A stretch of DNA of 64,000 bases from assembly GCA_965112735.1 (NCBI GenBank), contig OZ218965.1, positions 2,232,001-2,296,000 on the forward strand, read 5' to 3'. The notes under the pieces are model-generated. The model saw only the letters and a list, made by a program, of their open reading frames with translations. It did not search any database and was not told the DNA's origin. Made by a program: the position numbers and the translations under genes. This document shows positions 63,428 through 64,000 of the stretch, piece after piece. Numbering within the stretch: the stretch's first letter is position 1; each line of letters begins with the position of its first letter. This DNA is from Phaeosaccion multiseriatum. Lineage: Eukaryota; Protista; Ochrophyta, other classes.

Positions 63428-64000
63428 CTAAATGCGCGGGACAGAGAAGTCTGGCGAGTAAAAGGTGGTGGAGTCGGGGCTGCTCTGGTCGCACTCGAAG
63501 ATGCACATCATATAGTAGGGGGAGGCCATGTCCACATCCAGGCAGTCGACATCTGAGGAGCACTGTGTGGCCTGGCAGCCGCGACTGGTCTGGCAGCCCC
63601 CTGGCCCCTGCCCCTGCCCCTGCCCATCTCCTGCCTCGTCCCCGGTCACGCCGGCCATGCCCTTGCACGAGGCAAGCGCACAGGTGGGCATGTCGGCACC
63701 CAAGAAATCGGGCCCGAGCGAGTCGAAGCGCGAGAGCTGCCCCCACCCCTCCAGAACGGGCCCGTCGAGGGGTAGCAGGTTGTCCCAGGTGCGCATGGCC
63801 ACGGCCCCAGCCCGTTCATAGTCCTTCGCCGTTGCCTCTGCCACTTCAACGCCCTCCTGCAGAGGCGGGCGGTGGGGGTCGAGCCAGTAACAGCACTCGC
63901 TCCCCGACGGGAAGAGGGGGGGTGTGTCGCAGGTTGCCCCGCCTGAGCCTGAGGCCGAGCCGGAGGGCGTGTGAAAGGTTCCCCCCGAATACCTCGACAC
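63428..64000 (-). CDS. 3' end of a Cys-rich hypothetical protein, truncated by the window edge
   Basis: Open frame from the edge to a stop at 63428 with a Cys cluster (CQTSRGCQATQCSSDVDC..CIFEC). Family not recognised. Confidence 0.5.
   Translation of the reverse strand: MSRYSGGTFHTPSGSASGSGGATCDTPPLFPSGSECCYWLDPHRPPLQEGVEVAEATAKDYERAGAVAMRTWDNLLPLDGPVLEGWGQLSRFDSLGPDFLGADMPTCALASCKGMAGVTGDEAGDGQGQGQGPGGCQTSRGCQATQCSSDVDCLDVDMASPYYMMCIFECDQSSPDSTTFYSPDFSVPRI

Overview
This is GC-rich, intron-rich eukaryotic DNA with microsatellite-filled GT-AG introns; the gene content suggests a stramenopile alga, but that is inference. Conserved genes are APC1 (minus, runs off the left end), DONSON (plus, 34704-39569), NAP1 (minus, 40645-46260) and a GT34 glycosyltransferase (minus). 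There is also a type-I membrane protein with three Kre9/KNH-like Ig repeats and a secreted silaffin/cingulin-like Lys/Gly/Ser protein. The standout is an ~18.6 kb accessory block between two ~2 kb direct repeats of the APC1/DONSON head-to-head promoter region. It holds two paralogous genes encoding a cytosolic LRR - coiled coil - atypical kinase - RING1/Rcat (RBR-like E3) protein. Each array LRR is one 72-bp phase-1 exon inside a ~179-bp exon+intron unit (19 units in copy 1, 3 in copy 2). Introns and scaffold codons are nearly identical between units, while the solvent-exposed beta-strand codons are hypervariable and mosaic. This makes it a candidate self-diversifying immune receptor that combines sensing, kinase and ubiquitin-ligase functions in one chain. 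All exon models were read by eye and need RNA-seq confirmation.
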